Positions 31,871 through 32,000 of a DNA stretch of 32,000 nt are shown piece after piece (position 1 is the first letter of the stretch; each line of letters opens with the position of its first letter). The notes under the pieces were generated by a model. That model was not told the origin of the DNA, ran no database searches, and saw only the letters and a list, made by a program, of their open reading frames with translations. The position numbers and the translations under genes were made by a program. Location of the stretch: contig NC_008578.1 of the NCBI RefSeq assembly GCF_000015025.1, forward strand, positions 1,230,001 through 1,262,000, given 5' to 3'. Source of the stretch: Acidothermus cellulolyticus 11B. GTDB taxonomy: Bacteria > Actinomycetota > Actinomycetes > Acidothermales > Acidothermaceae.

Positions 31871-32000
31871 GTGAAATCCGCGGTCACCCTGCTGGGGTCG
31901 GACGACGTCCGCACCCGCGATCGCGTCGCGCGCGCCTTGCACGAGCACGGACCGCAGACTGCGGCGGCGTTGAGCATGCGGTTCGGCCTCACACCGGCCG
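31871..32000 (+). CDS. HTH transcriptional regulator, N-terminal 43 codons only (ArsR/SufR-like winged helix, continues beyond the window)
   Basis: The translation is VKSAVTLLGSDDVRTRDRVARALHEHGPQTAAALSMRFGLTPA. It fits the TRxxI/VxxxLxxxGPxTAxxLxxxxGLTxxA pattern of ArsR/SufR-type regulators. The fragment is too short for a firm call. Confidence 0.4.
   Translation, partial: MKSAVTLLGSDDVRTRDRVARALHEHGPQTAAALSMRFGLTPA

Overview
This is a densely coding, high-GC chromosomal core region that looks actinobacterial. Hand counts of single 60-nt lines give about 52-75% GC depending on the gene. I see no rRNA, tRNA, CRISPR array, transposase or integrase gene, or recognisable defence gene. The plus-strand block is uvrA (3' part), uvrC, rapZ, yvcK, whiA, gap, pgk/tpiA, a five-gene Dpp/Opp-type (family-5) ABC importer and secG. 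The minus-strand block is tkt, tal, pgi, zwf, opcA and pgl, a pentose-phosphate operon that is mostly translationally coupled. After that come ctaB (+), a minus-strand sugar ABC importer (SBP, ATPase, permease) with a ROK regulator, ctaA (-), and the first ~43 codons of an HTH regulator (+). The most unusual thing directly visible is a perfect 43-bp tandem duplication (8987-9029 and 9030-9072) placed exactly on the pgk-stop/tpiA-start junction. It shifts the frame by +1 and fuses phosphoglycerate kinase and triosephosphate isomerase into one 687-aa ORF. The other observations are modest. A lower-GC peptide-transporter operon is wedged between tpiA and secG, long perfect stem-loops follow both SBP genes, and there are two convergent CDS overlaps. 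There are also palindromes in promoter regions and two candidate leaderless starts. I do not see evidence for a new multi-gene system here, and this is mostly ordinary housekeeping DNA. All product calls come from motif recognition and synteny by eye. No database or covariance-model search was run.
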